NCBI GenBank assembly: GCA_001774555.1
Contig: MFAI01000018.1
Location: forward strand, 873-60,953
Direction: 5' to 3'
Source: Candidatus Collierbacteria bacterium RIFCSPLOWO2_01_FULL_50_23
Lineage (GTDB): Bacteria; Patescibacteriota; Microgenomatia; UBA1400; MFAQ01
DNA length: 60,081 bases
Position 1 is the stretch's first letter. Each line of letters opens with the position of its first letter. The position numbers were made by a program, and so were the translations under genes. Positions 45,673 through 55,340 of this stretch are shown one piece after another. The notes beneath the pieces were generated by a model. It had not been told where the DNA came from. It was given only the letters and a program-made list of their open reading frames with translations, and ran no database searches.

Positions 45673-46306
45673 ACCCCCGGTCGATCTGGCTCGCTTCCCT
45701 ATCACCCATGGCTTTTGGGTGGACGAAACAAATAACCCTCTGTATCAGGGTTTTTATGATGTTTTTGCCGGCCACCACCCCGGCGTTGACTTCAATCTGC
45801 CCGAGGGGACTCCGATCAAGGCCGCTCTCCCCGGGATCGTCGTCAGAAAAGAGCTCCATTCGGGCATGGGTCACACCCTAGCCATCCGTTTTGGCAGTGT
45901 CTATGGCCTTTATACCCACCTCTCCCAAATTAGTGTTGAACTTGGTCAACTAATCCGGGCCAAACAACTGGTCGCCTACTCCGGCAACACCGGCTCTGCC
46001 ACCACTGGTCCCCATCTCCATTTTGAGCTCCGCGACCTTGCCAAACTCGCCCTAATAGAATCTGTCTTTGAGCCGGTTTTTGGCAAGGAGGTGGCAAGGT
46101 ACCAAGCCACCTTCACCTACACTACCAACAACGACAATACTACAAAAACCTTAGTCAGCCTTTCTCTCCGCTACTTTGGGGTCGAGTCCTACGCTTCCTT
46201 TATTCGGGAAAACAACCCACCCTTTGCAGCCTATTCTTTTGATGCCCCCCTCCCCGAGGGCGGGAGACTACTCATTCCTTCCCCAAAACTGGAAAAGGCA
46301 AGATGA
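45659..46306 (+). CDS. M23-family peptidase
   Basis: ATG at 45659 (MPVLEPP); the ORF-track N-terminal extension overlaps pgk. HHPGVDFNLPEGTPIKAALPGIV and GNTGSATTGPHLHFELR. Confidence 0.75.
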   Translation: MPVLEPPVDLARFPITHGFWVDETNNPLYQGFYDVFAGHHPGVDFNLPEGTPIKAALPGIVVRKELHSGMGHTLAIRFGSVYGLYTHLSQISVELGQLIRAKQLVAYSGNTGSATTGPHLHFELRDLAKLALIESVFEPVFGKEVARYQATFTYTTNNDNTTKTLVSLSLRYFGVESYASFIRENNPPFAAYSFDAPLPEGGRLLIPSPKLEKAR

Positions 46307-46325
46307 AAATTGTAAATTGAAAGTA

Positions 46326-47402
46326 ATGCCCAACTTTGCCATCAATGGTTTTGGTCGTATCGGTCGTTCTGCCGCCCGTGTCTGGCTCAAAAAGCACACC
46401 GGCGATATTGCTCTCGCCGCGATCAACACCTCCGGCTCCCTGCCCGCCTCCGGCTGGGCTCTGCTACTCAAATACGATACCGCCTACGGCGCCCTGCCTT
46501 ACCAAATTGAGGGCGAGGATCTCAAAAACCCCAAAGAAACCACCGACGCCGACCCCCTCATCGGTTACCTAAAGGTCACCACCGACACCGGCAATTTCAA
46601 GATCCCGGTTCTGGCAGAGCGCGACCCAAGCAAAATTCCCTGGGGGAGCTATCAGATCGACGTCGTCGCCGAGTGTACCGGACTATTCACTAGTCAGGAA
46701 CTGGCTTCTGGGCACATCAAGGCCGGGGCCAAAAATGTTGTTATCTCAGCACCCGTCAAAGGGAGTGGCGTCCCCACCGTCGTACTTGGTGTCAACGAAA
46801 CTGTTCTCAAGGAACACGCCAACGTAATTTCGATCCTCAGCAGCGCCTCCTGTACCACCAACAGTGTCGCCCCGGTCGCGGCCATCATGCACGCCAAAAT
46901 TGGCGTCAAAAAGGCCATGCTTATGACGGTTCATGGCTATACCGACGACCAAAACCTTCAGGACAACTCTCATCGGGACATGAGACGCGCCCGCGCCGCC
47001 GCCGCCAACATCGTCCCAACCGGTACCGGCGCCGCCATTTCCGCCACCGAAGCTGTCCCCGAACTCAAAGGTCTTTTTGATGGCTTGGCCCTGCGGGTCC
47101 CCGTCATTACCGGTTCGATCTCTGATTTTACCTTTGTCACCGCACGGGCCACTTCGGTCGAGGAAGTAAACGAAATGTTTATCGATGCCGCCAGGACCCC
47201 ACCCTTCGCCGGTATCCTTGCTGTGACGAACGAACCGCTAGTATCCTCGGATATCGTCGGTCGCTCCGAATCGGCCATTGTTGATCTCGGTCTCACTCGT
47301 GTCGTTGATGGCGACCTGGTCAAAGTCATGGCTTGGTACGACAACGAGTGGGGCTACAGCAACCGTCTCATCGAACAAATCATCAAAGTAACTGAGGGAT
47401 AA
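46326..47402 (+). CDS. gap: glyceraldehyde-3-phosphate dehydrogenase
   Basis: MPNFAINGFGRIGRSAARV and the active site SASCTTNSVAP...WYDNEWGYSNR. Start moved from the ORF-track 46176. Confidence 0.9.
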   Translation: MPNFAINGFGRIGRSAARVWLKKHTGDIALAAINTSGSLPASGWALLLKYDTAYGALPYQIEGEDLKNPKETTDADPLIGYLKVTTDTGNFKIPVLAERDPSKIPWGSYQIDVVAECTGLFTSQELASGHIKAGAKNVVISAPVKGSGVPTVVLGVNETVLKEHANVISILSSASCTTNSVAPVAAIMHAKIGVKKAMLMTVHGYTDDQNLQDNSHRDMRRARAAAANIVPTGTGAAISATEAVPELKGLFDGLALRVPVITGSISDFTFVTARATSVEEVNEMFIDAARTPPFAGILAVTNEPLVSSDIVGRSESAIVDLGLTRVVDGDLVKVMAWYDNEWGYSNRLIEQIIKVTEG

Positions 47403-47405
47403 AGG

Positions 47406-47477
47406 AGGCCGGAGCGGGAATCGAACCCGCGCATGGGAGTTTTGCAGACTCCTTCGTTTCCTCTTCGACATCCGGCC
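47406..47477 (-). tRNA. tRNA-Cys (GCA)
   Basis: Manual cloverleaf: acceptor GGCCGGA/TCCGGCC, D stem TCG/CGA, anticodon stem GGAGT/ACTCC with loop CTGCAAA, variable loop CATGC, T arm GCGGG-TTCGATT-CCCGC, discriminator U. CCA is not encoded. Confidence 0.9.
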
Positions 47478-47525
47478 AATCGAACCTTCATATTTTAGCA
47501 TCTATCTGGTACACTGAACCTGCTT

Positions 47526-48395
47526 ATGAAACTAGGGCGACTCATAGTTTTAGTTACCTCCTCCCTCCTTCTCGCCGGCTGTTCTTTGCCCTTTGGTCAA
47601 AAAAAAGCGGGCGTTCAAATTACCGCCAACCCCCAAGCCAGTGTTTTCATGGACGACAAATCTCTTGGTCAGACACCGGTTTATCAAAACGGCCTGAAGC
47701 CCGGCACCTACAACATCAAAATCACTGCCTCCGATACTACCCTGACTCCTTGGGAGGGCAAGGTTACCTTAAACCCCGGCGTTCTGACCGTCGTCGACCG
47801 CCAACTCGCAAGCGATCCCACCAAGGCCCATGGCTATACCCTTTCTTTTGAGGCCCTCACGAACAAGACTGCCGCCGAAGTTAATTTGATTAGTTTTCCG
47901 GATACCGTCTCGGTGATGGTAGATGGAGCTCCGGTTGGTTTTACCCCCTTCAAGAGCGATTCTGTTGTCAGCGGTGCCCACACCTTTACCCTCACCTCTC
48001 CCGGTTACCAGGATATGGTTGTCAAGGCATCGGTCCAGTCCGGCCACCGCTTGGTCGTCAATGCTCAGCTGGCCATGGCCAACGTAACTCCTACACCCCC
48101 TCCGCTCACCTCTCCTTCCGCTTCGGCCCCGGGACCTTCGGTTGATATCACTCCTCTACCCAAACAAGCCACCGACGCTGCCGTTTTGAAACCATATGTT
48201 GAAATATTACCAACTCCCGATAACAACCACCTCAAAGTCCGTTCAGAAAATGCTATTGGCAACAATATCATTGCCATCGTTAACACCGGTGACAAGTTCC
48301 CCTATTTCAAGACTCAGGATGGTTGGCACCAGATCGAATATCAAACGGGTAATAAGGGCTGGGTCAGTGCCACCTACGCAAGATTGGTGAATTAG
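47526..48395 (+). CDS. lipoprotein with PEGA-like repeats and C-terminal bacterial SH3 domain
   Basis: Lipobox LLAGCS, PEGA-like VFMDDKSLGQTPVYQNGLKPGTYNIKI, and a C-terminal SH3b-like segment LKVRSENAIGNNIIAIVNTGDKFPYFKTQDGWHQIEY..GWVSATY. Confidence 0.65.
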   Translation: MKLGRLIVLVTSSLLLAGCSLPFGQKKAGVQITANPQASVFMDDKSLGQTPVYQNGLKPGTYNIKITASDTTLTPWEGKVTLNPGVLTVVDRQLASDPTKAHGYTLSFEALTNKTAAEVNLISFPDTVSVMVDGAPVGFTPFKSDSVVSGAHTFTLTSPGYQDMVVKASVQSGHRLVVNAQLAMANVTPTPPPLTSPSASAPGPSVDITPLPKQATDAAVLKPYVEILPTPDNNHLKVRSENAIGNNIIAIVNTGDKFPYFKTQDGWHQIEYQTGNKGWVSATYARLVN

Positions 48396-49330
48396 TTTGC
48401 CCCGACGTAATAGAGTAACCCGACGACTAACCCCCCCCAAATTGCGGCGGTAAGAATGATTGGTTTATCCGAAAAGATTATTCTTTCCGGGCTTTCGCCC
48501 TCGTTCTTCTCATAAATAAGTTGCAGATATCTCATTACGCCGTAAATGACGAATGGAGTCGTGATCATCATCAGCTTTGCCGAAATTAGAGTTCTCGGTA
48601 GATCAGCCATGAAGGTCAGCACCTTTCCAGTGGGTATGATCGGTGGATGATTAAAAGAGAACAGGGCATAAGTCAGCCAGGTTGCCGTCGCGAACATGCT
48701 CGTATAAATGTCAAGTAAGGACTCTGTGTAGTGCTTCAGCGTTGCCCTCACCTGTCCCGCCCCGGCCGATGCCTTCAGTAGTGTCAGCTCACTTCGCCTT
48801 TTCCCGACCGCCAAAAACAATGAGGCAGAAACTACCGTCAGCAGGAACCAGACATCCATGTGCGCCCCGATCGCAAGTCCGCCGGCATAAACCCGTAAAA
48901 TATAACCCGACGCAATCGTGATGACGTCGATAATCGTGATTTTTTTCAGCCAAACCGTATAAAGGATCTGGATGACAAGGTATGTGACACAAGCCCAAAA
49001 GAAGAACATATTGATCATCGTGGCGTAATAGAGTGACGTCACCAATCCGACGGCCAAGGCAGATACGGCTACAGAGATAGGTAGCTTTCCTGAGGCAATT
49101 GGTCTCTTTTTCTTGAATGGGTGGAGCCTATCTGCCGGCAGATCAAGTAAGTCGTTAAAGATATAGACACTGCTGGCCAATACCGTGAAGATAATAACCG
49201 CCTGGGTCACGATCCAAAAGAAGCCATCATTAAAAAGCAAACCCGAGAAAGTTATCGGTGCAAACAGGGCAATGTTTTTCAGCCACTGTCGCGGTCGAGT
49301 TGTCTTGAAGAGCTGCCAAAGTATATCCAT
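48392..49330 (-). CDS. UbiA-family prenyltransferase, decaprenyl-phosphate phosphoribosyltransferase (DPPR synthase)-like
   Basis: RPRQWLKNIALFAP and IFNDLLDLPADRLHPFKKKRPIASGKL match the DPPR-synthase subfamily motif. Start placed at ATG 49330 (MDILWQ); the ORF-track extension overlaps the upstream gene. Confidence 0.7.
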   Translation of the reverse strand: MDILWQLFKTTRPRQWLKNIALFAPITFSGLLFNDGFFWIVTQAVIIFTVLASSVYIFNDLLDLPADRLHPFKKKRPIASGKLPISVAVSALAVGLVTSLYYATMINMFFFWACVTYLVIQILYTVWLKKITIIDVITIASGYILRVYAGGLAIGAHMDVWFLLTVVSASLFLAVGKRRSELTLLKASAGAGQVRATLKHYTESLLDIYTSMFATATWLTYALFSFNHPPIIPTGKVLTFMADLPRTLISAKLMMITTPFVIYGVMRYLQLIYEKNEGESPERIIFSDKPIILTAAIWGGLVVGLLYYVGAN

Positions 49331-50370
49331 AGAAGCAAACCGGCAATGACGACGGCTAAGCCTACTATAGCAAATAATTTCAATCTTGCCGTCAGATTCA
49401 GCGCGGCAACCCCCAAAAGAGCTGTAATAAGCCAGTAAAATATGGCGATCCTTCTTCTCCCCCAACCCAGATCAAGCAGTTTGTGGTGCAAATGACCCCG
49501 GTCGCCCCGGAAAGGTGACTTGCCGGAAAGCAACCTCCGGATGATCGTATAACCCGCATCGATCAGCGGCAAACCCAAAACCAAAATTGCCGTCCCCACC
49601 TTTGTTGTTGAGAGGATCGAAAGTACTGCCAACAGCAGTCCCGCCAAAGTTGTTGCCGAATAACCCGGCATTATTTTTTGTGGATAAAAATGAAAAACAG
49701 TTAAGCCCACAAACGCCCCGGACAGGCCGAAGGCCAGAATAGCCACCGGCCATTGAGTAATGTCCGCCGAGTAAGTCAACGACAGCACTCCGATGACGAA
49801 CGCAGCGATCGCGATCATCCCGCTCGCCTGGCCATCGACTCCGCTGGACCAGTTTATTGCATTCATCATAAATGGAATCCAGATCAGAGCAAAAAGATCT
49901 GACCAAATCCAAATTTGTCTTGTCTGTCCGAACAGATCAAAAGAAAGTCTCGGCTGGCTCAAATCCAGAATGCCGTGACTTAGGGGATTGGTGATATACG
50001 AGATACCAATGCCGCCCCCTACTATTATTAGGGCTGAAATAAAATTGAAAGCCAATCGGGGATAAGGTTTCATGTTGGCAATATCATCAATTAGGCCCAC
50101 AACCAGCGTTACCGTCATGGCCAACATGATTGCCACCAGGTGTTGGTCGGGTTTAAGTAGGAGCAGGATTGTGACCATCACCGCCAGGAAAATAGGAACC
50201 CCTCCGCCCTTGGGCACCGGGGCCTTGTGGACATGGGCCGGATGGGGCGATTTGGAGGAGTCGATTACAAAGCCCAGTTTGGTAAAAATAAGAATCGTCA
50301 GGGGTGTGACTAGCAACGAAACAATGAGTGAAATGACAAATGGGATGACCGTTAGGTTTGTTTGATCCAT
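49279..50370 (-). CDS. polyprenyl-phosphate HexNAc-1-phosphate transferase (GT4, WecA/MraY superfamily)
   Basis: PVPKGGGVPIF, GLIDDIANMKPYPRL and DRGHLHHKLLDLG (WecA-type rather than MraY-type). Confidence 0.7.
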   Translation of the reverse strand: MDQTNLTVIPFVISLIVSLLVTPLTILIFTKLGFVIDSSKSPHPAHVHKAPVPKGGGVPIFLAVMVTILLLLKPDQHLVAIMLAMTVTLVVGLIDDIANMKPYPRLAFNFISALIIVGGGIGISYITNPLSHGILDLSQPRLSFDLFGQTRQIWIWSDLFALIWIPFMMNAINWSSGVDGQASGMIAIAAFVIGVLSLTYSADITQWPVAILAFGLSGAFVGLTVFHFYPQKIMPGYSATTLAGLLLAVLSILSTTKVGTAILVLGLPLIDAGYTIIRRLLSGKSPFRGDRGHLHHKLLDLGWGRRRIAIFYWLITALLGVAALNLTARLKLFAIVGLAVVIAGLLLWIYFGSSSRQLDRDSG

Positions 50371-50373
50371 ACG

Positions 50374-50700
50374 TTAGATCATGATTGACAGCACCCGAAA
50401 GAAAGATGCCAGGTAAAGGATGATCAGTAACAACGAAGCCCCGGCGACCACCAAAGCCGCAACGCTGTCTTTCTTGTCCAATTTCTCTGAAACGAAATAA
50501 TTAACGGTCGAGATTGTCGTCAAAATCAAAAAACCAACACCGAACCAGAGTTTGGGAATCAGTTGAATTTCTCCCCAGGGCAAACTATAAAACCATGGCA
50601 TCTGTGGCGGCAGTTTGGTCCAGAAAAAGAAAAGGAACGATCCGCCTACCAAAATCAGGGCGATCTCGCAAACAAAGACTAGCGTCGACGTCTTCACCAA
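50374..50700 (-). CDS. small polytopic membrane protein
   Basis: 108 aa with 3-4 hydrophobic helices. Tightly packed in the glycan operon. Confidence 0.45.
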   Translation of the reverse strand: MVKTSTLVFVCEIALILVGGSFLFFFWTKLPPQMPWFYSLPWGEIQLIPKLWFGVGFLILTTISTVNYFVSEKLDKKDSVAALVVAGASLLLIILYLASFFRVLSIMI

Positions 50701-50728
50701 TGTATCTTAGCTTATTGCGCTCGGCGTT

Positions 50729-52210
50729 TCACTTTAACCGGAGGTAAACGGCGATGTCCCCGACTGTCTTTGTTAGAACGTAATTGTTGGCCAATATCCC
50801 CGATAGCTGAGAGAATTTCCCTTTTTCGCCTTTTACCACCAAAACGACTTTTGGGTTCTCTTTCATCAGTTTCTGTCCCACCTCCGCCTGAGCCGAAAAA
50901 TCGAGAACATGGTATGACACGGTGTATTTCACAGCCGGCTGTCTATTAGAGAGAACATAGATCGCCGGTTCAGTCCCCCAAATAAAAACCTTATCCTCTT
51001 TTCCCGTAGCCCTCTTGATATAGTCGCCTATTTTGTAGTTGCGCAAAACACCATCTCCCCAGTATTCATAATATTGATCCTTAGTTTTTCCACCGAAGAT
51101 ATATGAGACAAAGTTTTCATAATATGCCAGACTTTTGTAATACCAAAACCGATAACGGACAATTCCAAATACCAGTAAGCCGGAAATGAAAGCAGCAAAA
51201 ACCAACCGGTGGGCCGAGCGTTGAGTCGAAACCAAGCCAATCAACAACGCCATTGGGGGAACGACTTCCAGTAAGTAATGCGGATACGGCCTTCCGGAAA
51301 GAAACGCTCCAAAAGTTGCCGTTACGGCCCAAATGGCGACCAGGCCGAATTCATTGCCCAATTTTCTTCTGAAAATCCAAATTAACGAAAGCGCCAAGAT
51401 CATAATCATTCCCCGGGTTACCAGTCCCCCAGAAAACAACGGAGTGCCGCCTCCGCCACTCCAAGAAGACAAGTAGGGGACGTTTTGTAAGAAAACAGAC
51501 CTCAGATAAACGTCACCGACTCCCTTGAGGAAAAAATAAAAAACACTCGTGAGAATCGGAATGGCAAATCCGAATAATAATAGCCACAACCTCTTGTCAA
51601 AGATTTTTCCAAAGATTTCTTTGATTGACTTCGCTTGAAAAAACACCAAAAAGAAGGCTAGTCCAAAAAACTCAACTGCCGGAGGAGATTTGAATAATAC
51701 CGCAATCGACCATAATATTCCCGCCCACAAGTAAAGGATCGGACGCTGGGTCAGTTGACCCGTCTTTGACAGAAGCAAGTAAAGAGCCGCCGTCACCGGC
51801 ATGATCATAAAGATCTCTCCGTTCGCGATTTCTCCCTCCAGAAGCGGAATTGTTGAAAAGGCGGAAAAAAGAACTGTCGCCAGGATCACCCCCCATTTGT
51901 TTGAAATCAATTTTTTCGAGAGCCCCCAGATCAAAGCCACATTGACAAGATTCCAGATCATCAGTATGAACCGGAACCACATGACGTTGCCGGCGATTGC
52001 CGCAATCAGGTATATCAGCGGTGTCTTGTTGTCATAGATGTCCCGGTAGAGCAGTAAGCCCCTTCGGAGCCCCTGTCCGATCGTCAGATAGATATCTTCA
52101 TCAGCGTACCGGTTTGGTTCGAATAGTCCCGGCAGTCGTAGCAGTGCCACCGCACAAAGAATAGAAAGAAGCACCTCATGTTTTTCGATAAAAGAAAAGA
52201 TTCTTTTCAT
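50729..52210 (-). CDS. GT-C fold glycosyltransferase (GT39/ArnT-like)
   Basis: ADEDIYLTIGQGL...YDNKTPLIYLI is an N-terminal loop motif of ArnT/PMT-like enzymes. About 11 TM segments. The ATG at 52210 forms an ATGA overlap with the upstream stop. Confidence 0.65.
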   Translation of the reverse strand: MKRIFSFIEKHEVLLSILCAVALLRLPGLFEPNRYADEDIYLTIGQGLRRGLLLYRDIYDNKTPLIYLIAAIAGNVMWFRFILMIWNLVNVALIWGLSKKLISNKWGVILATVLFSAFSTIPLLEGEIANGEIFMIMPVTAALYLLLSKTGQLTQRPILYLWAGILWSIAVLFKSPPAVEFFGLAFFLVFFQAKSIKEIFGKIFDKRLWLLLFGFAIPILTSVFYFFLKGVGDVYLRSVFLQNVPYLSSWSGGGGTPLFSGGLVTRGMIMILALSLIWIFRRKLGNEFGLVAIWAVTATFGAFLSGRPYPHYLLEVVPPMALLIGLVSTQRSAHRLVFAAFISGLLVFGIVRYRFWYYKSLAYYENFVSYIFGGKTKDQYYEYWGDGVLRNYKIGDYIKRATGKEDKVFIWGTEPAIYVLSNRQPAVKYTVSYHVLDFSAQAEVGQKLMKENPKVVLVVKGEKGKFSQLSGILANNYVLTKTVGDIAVYLRLK

Positions 52211-53511
52211 TTTGTTTTTGTCCACCACACAAATCGTAATTCACCAAATTGCTTTACAAAGGTCATTTTATATCCCGGTAGTAATATTTCTTTTGGATCT
52301 TCACTGGCAATCAAACCAATTCGGGGCCGGTCAGGCAACTTATCGATTGTGTCCTCGGCAGTCATTTGTGCAGTCCCAACATAAAGCGGTAGTGGACCGT
52401 TGGGCGTATAAATAGGCGCCGGGATTCCATAGTATTTTGTTTCCCAAATATGGTGCGCCCCGCCATTCCAGTTTACGAGAAAATCGCCCGGCTTGATCTC
52501 CGTTTTTACAAAGGCAGCAAACTCCCGAAAGGGCCTTTTTGTAGGCCGGGTGAAGACATTCCAGGACGCATAACCGTAAAGAAGCAACAGTATCAGTCCG
52601 ACCCAAACAAACTGTTTTCGGGTCCCAGCCATCAGCAGGACACTACTCCCCACCGCCGCAGATAACAAATATCGATCGTAAAAAATTGGGGTGACCACTT
52701 TCGAGAGAAAATATGAAAAAAATATCGGCGCTGAAAAAACAAGCAGTAGCCCCAGCCAGTCTTTGTAAACTCTGCGCCAATCTTTCGTCAATAGCAACAT
52801 CGCCGCCAAGACACCGGCAATTGGTTGCCACCATATGATTACCCCGCCAGTGGAAAAACGCCAGAGGAGGTACAAAAGGTCATCGGGTTTAGGTTCGGAA
52901 AGCCAGAAGCCGCTCCCACGCACCCGCTGGATCTGTAGATACATCGGGTAGAGCCAAAAGGAGTATCCGAAAATTATCCATAAAAAAGGAGAAAGCTGCC
53001 GTAGCCACATCTTTGGTTTGCGCCAGGAAAATTCAGAAATCATAAACCAGATCCCTTGGGCCAGGATGGTGAAGATGGCAAAGTGATGCGTGTATAAGGA
53101 GGCCAAAGCAAAAATGATATACCAAGACCATTTTTTGCTGATAAAGAAATAGGTCGAGGCTGTGACAGTAAAGGTCAGCAGGGCATACATTCTCCACTCA
53201 AAGGCAAAAGTCAGCAAGAAAGGAGAAAGGAAAGTCAGGCCACCGGCGATCAGGCCCGTAATCTTTTCTTTGCTGATCCGGTAAACAATCAGGCCCGCAA
53301 ACACTGCCGCCCCGAGCATTAAAAGTAGCGTCAAAGACCGTAGTGCTACCTCGGAAGATCCGAACAAACGTACCCAGGCGTATCCCACAAGATAAAAAAG
53401 CGGTGGAGCCGTGTCCTTCATTACCACCGTCAGCATCGAAAGTAAGTCTTTCTGGACCGCCAGCGCCGAAAAAGCTTCATCCCCCCACAAACTTTCCGTC
53501 ATGAGATTCAT
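52207..53511 (-). CDS. GT-C fold glycosyltransferase (GT39/ArnT-like), second copy
   Basis: SLWGDEAFSALAV...KDTAPPLFYLVGYAWVRLFG. Start placed at ATG 53511 (MNLMTESLWGDE). Confidence 0.65.
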   Translation of the reverse strand: MNLMTESLWGDEAFSALAVQKDLLSMLTVVMKDTAPPLFYLVGYAWVRLFGSSEVALRSLTLLLMLGAAVFAGLIVYRISKEKITGLIAGGLTFLSPFLLTFAFEWRMYALLTFTVTASTYFFISKKWSWYIIFALASLYTHHFAIFTILAQGIWFMISEFSWRKPKMWLRQLSPFLWIIFGYSFWLYPMYLQIQRVRGSGFWLSEPKPDDLLYLLWRFSTGGVIIWWQPIAGVLAAMLLLTKDWRRVYKDWLGLLLVFSAPIFFSYFLSKVVTPIFYDRYLLSAAVGSSVLLMAGTRKQFVWVGLILLLLYGYASWNVFTRPTKRPFREFAAFVKTEIKPGDFLVNWNGGAHHIWETKYYGIPAPIYTPNGPLPLYVGTAQMTAEDTIDKLPDRPRIGLIASEDPKEILLPGYKMTFVKQFGELRFVWWTKTK

Positions 53512-53555
53512 TAATTCATCATAACATTCAGCGCATTTCGTGGTTAAATAAAGCT

Positions 53556-55340
53556 GTGAAGCGAAAATCGGATCTTCTTCGTGTTTTTCAGCTGGCCCGC
53601 CCCTTTTGGGGACGGATTTTTGGCATCTCAATTTTGATTGTCATGCTCTCCGGGCTAAACCAGATCTATCCCCTGATCAACCGTTCTCTGATCGATCTTA
53701 TCTCCTCCGGTGATACCAAGTTCTTTCTTTTTGGAAAGCCCACCTTTATCAACTTGATCGTTCTCTTGTTTATCATCAAAATTCTCTCAACCATCGTCAA
53801 CCGAACCTCGGTTTATGCCAGCAACATTCTCGGCTACCGGCTTCTCCATCATCTGCGCGAAGTTGGTTACCGGCATTTGCTATCGCTTTCTATTCCATAT
53901 TTCAACAAGAATACCTCGGGTAAAGTCATGAACAAATTAGCCCGCGGCACCGATGGCATTAGGGGCATCATTAGTAATCTCGGCATCAACTTTCTTCCCG
54001 GAGCGGTCACTGCCATTATCGCCATATTTGTGGTTAGTTCGATCAACTGGCCGATCGGCCTGGCCACCGCCTCAATGTTCGTTCCGTTTTTCTTCCTCCG
54101 CCTCGTTCGTTTTCAGAAATTGAGTAAGCTCGAGAAAAAACAGAATCGGATCTGGGATCGGGAATATAGCCACTTTTGGGAAGTCGTCAGCAATATTCGT
54201 CTGGTAAAAACTTTTGCTACCGAAAGATATGAAATAAACAAGCTCCGCGAGGTTTCCGCGAGATTGACGAAAAATAAGTTCCGGATGGAAAGGATTGGTA
54301 ATGAAGGAACTTCAGCTGACATTCTGGTCGATCTTTGGACCGTGTCTATCTACACCTATATCTTTTATCTCGGCTTTTCTCATCAATTCACCATCGGTGT
54401 CGTGGTTCTTTTGGTTTCTTACGTTGAAATGATCAAACAGCCTCTTTGGAACTTAAGCTGGATATTTTGGGAGGTCAAGTACACCATGATCGGCATTCGC
54501 GACTACTTCAAGATCCTCGATGCAAGATCAGACCTTGTTGAGATCAATCAGCCGATCACGCCGGCTTCCACTCGGGGCAGGGTTGAATTCGAAAAGGTTT
54601 GGTTCAAGTATCCCGAAAAAAGCGGCCAGGACGTTTTCCACGGGATTAGTTTTGTTGTCGAACCGGGGAAAATCTTGGCTTTGGTCGGTAAATCCGGTGT
54701 TGGAAAGACGACCATCGCTCATTTGATGGTTCGTTTTTTTGATCCTGACAAGGGGAGGATTCTTATTGATGGGGTCGACCTCCGCGACCTCTCTTTTGAT
54801 TATCTCCATCACACCACAGGGCTGGTCATGCAGGAAAGTCACCTCTTTGATGAGACCATCGTCGAGAACCTTCGTTATGGGAAACCGGGAGCCACCCGTG
54901 AAGAAATGGAGATTGCCTGCCGCGTTGCCCACGCCGATGAATTCATCAGGAAGTTTCCCAAGGGTATTGATACCGTCATAGGTGAACGCGGCGTCCGCCT
55001 CTCCGGTGGCCAGCGCCAGCGTCTTTCGATCGCGAGGACTATTTTGAAAAACCCCAAGGTTTTGATTCTCGATGAGGCCACTAGCGCTCTCGATTCCCAT
55101 TCGGAAATGCTGGTCCAGGACGCGCTCTGGAAGTTGATCCAGGGCCGGACCACGATCATCATCGCCCACCGTCTTTCTACGGTTCAAAAAGCTGACGAAA
55201 TCATTGTTCTCGACGAAAAGAAAATCAGGGAAAAGGGTACCCATAACGAACTGATCAAAGAGCATGGTATCTATGCCTCTCTTCATCTGATCCAAGCCGG
55301 CCAACTGCACAAATTGAAGAGGTGGGATCTGATCGGCTAA
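53556..55340 (+). CDS. ABC exporter, fused permease-ATPase (MsbA-like)
   Basis: GTG start and six N-terminal TM segments. GKSGVGKTT, LSGGQRQRLSIARTIL and VLILDEATSALD. Confidence 0.85.
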   Translation: MKRKSDLLRVFQLARPFWGRIFGISILIVMLSGLNQIYPLINRSLIDLISSGDTKFFLFGKPTFINLIVLLFIIKILSTIVNRTSVYASNILGYRLLHHLREVGYRHLLSLSIPYFNKNTSGKVMNKLARGTDGIRGIISNLGINFLPGAVTAIIAIFVVSSINWPIGLATASMFVPFFFLRLVRFQKLSKLEKKQNRIWDREYSHFWEVVSNIRLVKTFATERYEINKLREVSARLTKNKFRMERIGNEGTSADILVDLWTVSIYTYIFYLGFSHQFTIGVVVLLVSYVEMIKQPLWNLSWIFWEVKYTMIGIRDYFKILDARSDLVEINQPITPASTRGRVEFEKVWFKYPEKSGQDVFHGISFVVEPGKILALVGKSGVGKTTIAHLMVRFFDPDKGRILIDGVDLRDLSFDYLHHTTGLVMQESHLFDETIVENLRYGKPGATREEMEIACRVAHADEFIRKFPKGIDTVIGERGVRLSGGQRQRLSIARTILKNPKVLILDEATSALDSHSEMLVQDALWKLIQGRTTIIIAHRLSTVQKADEIIVLDEKKIREKGTHNELIKEHGIYASLHLIQAGQLHKLKRWDLIG

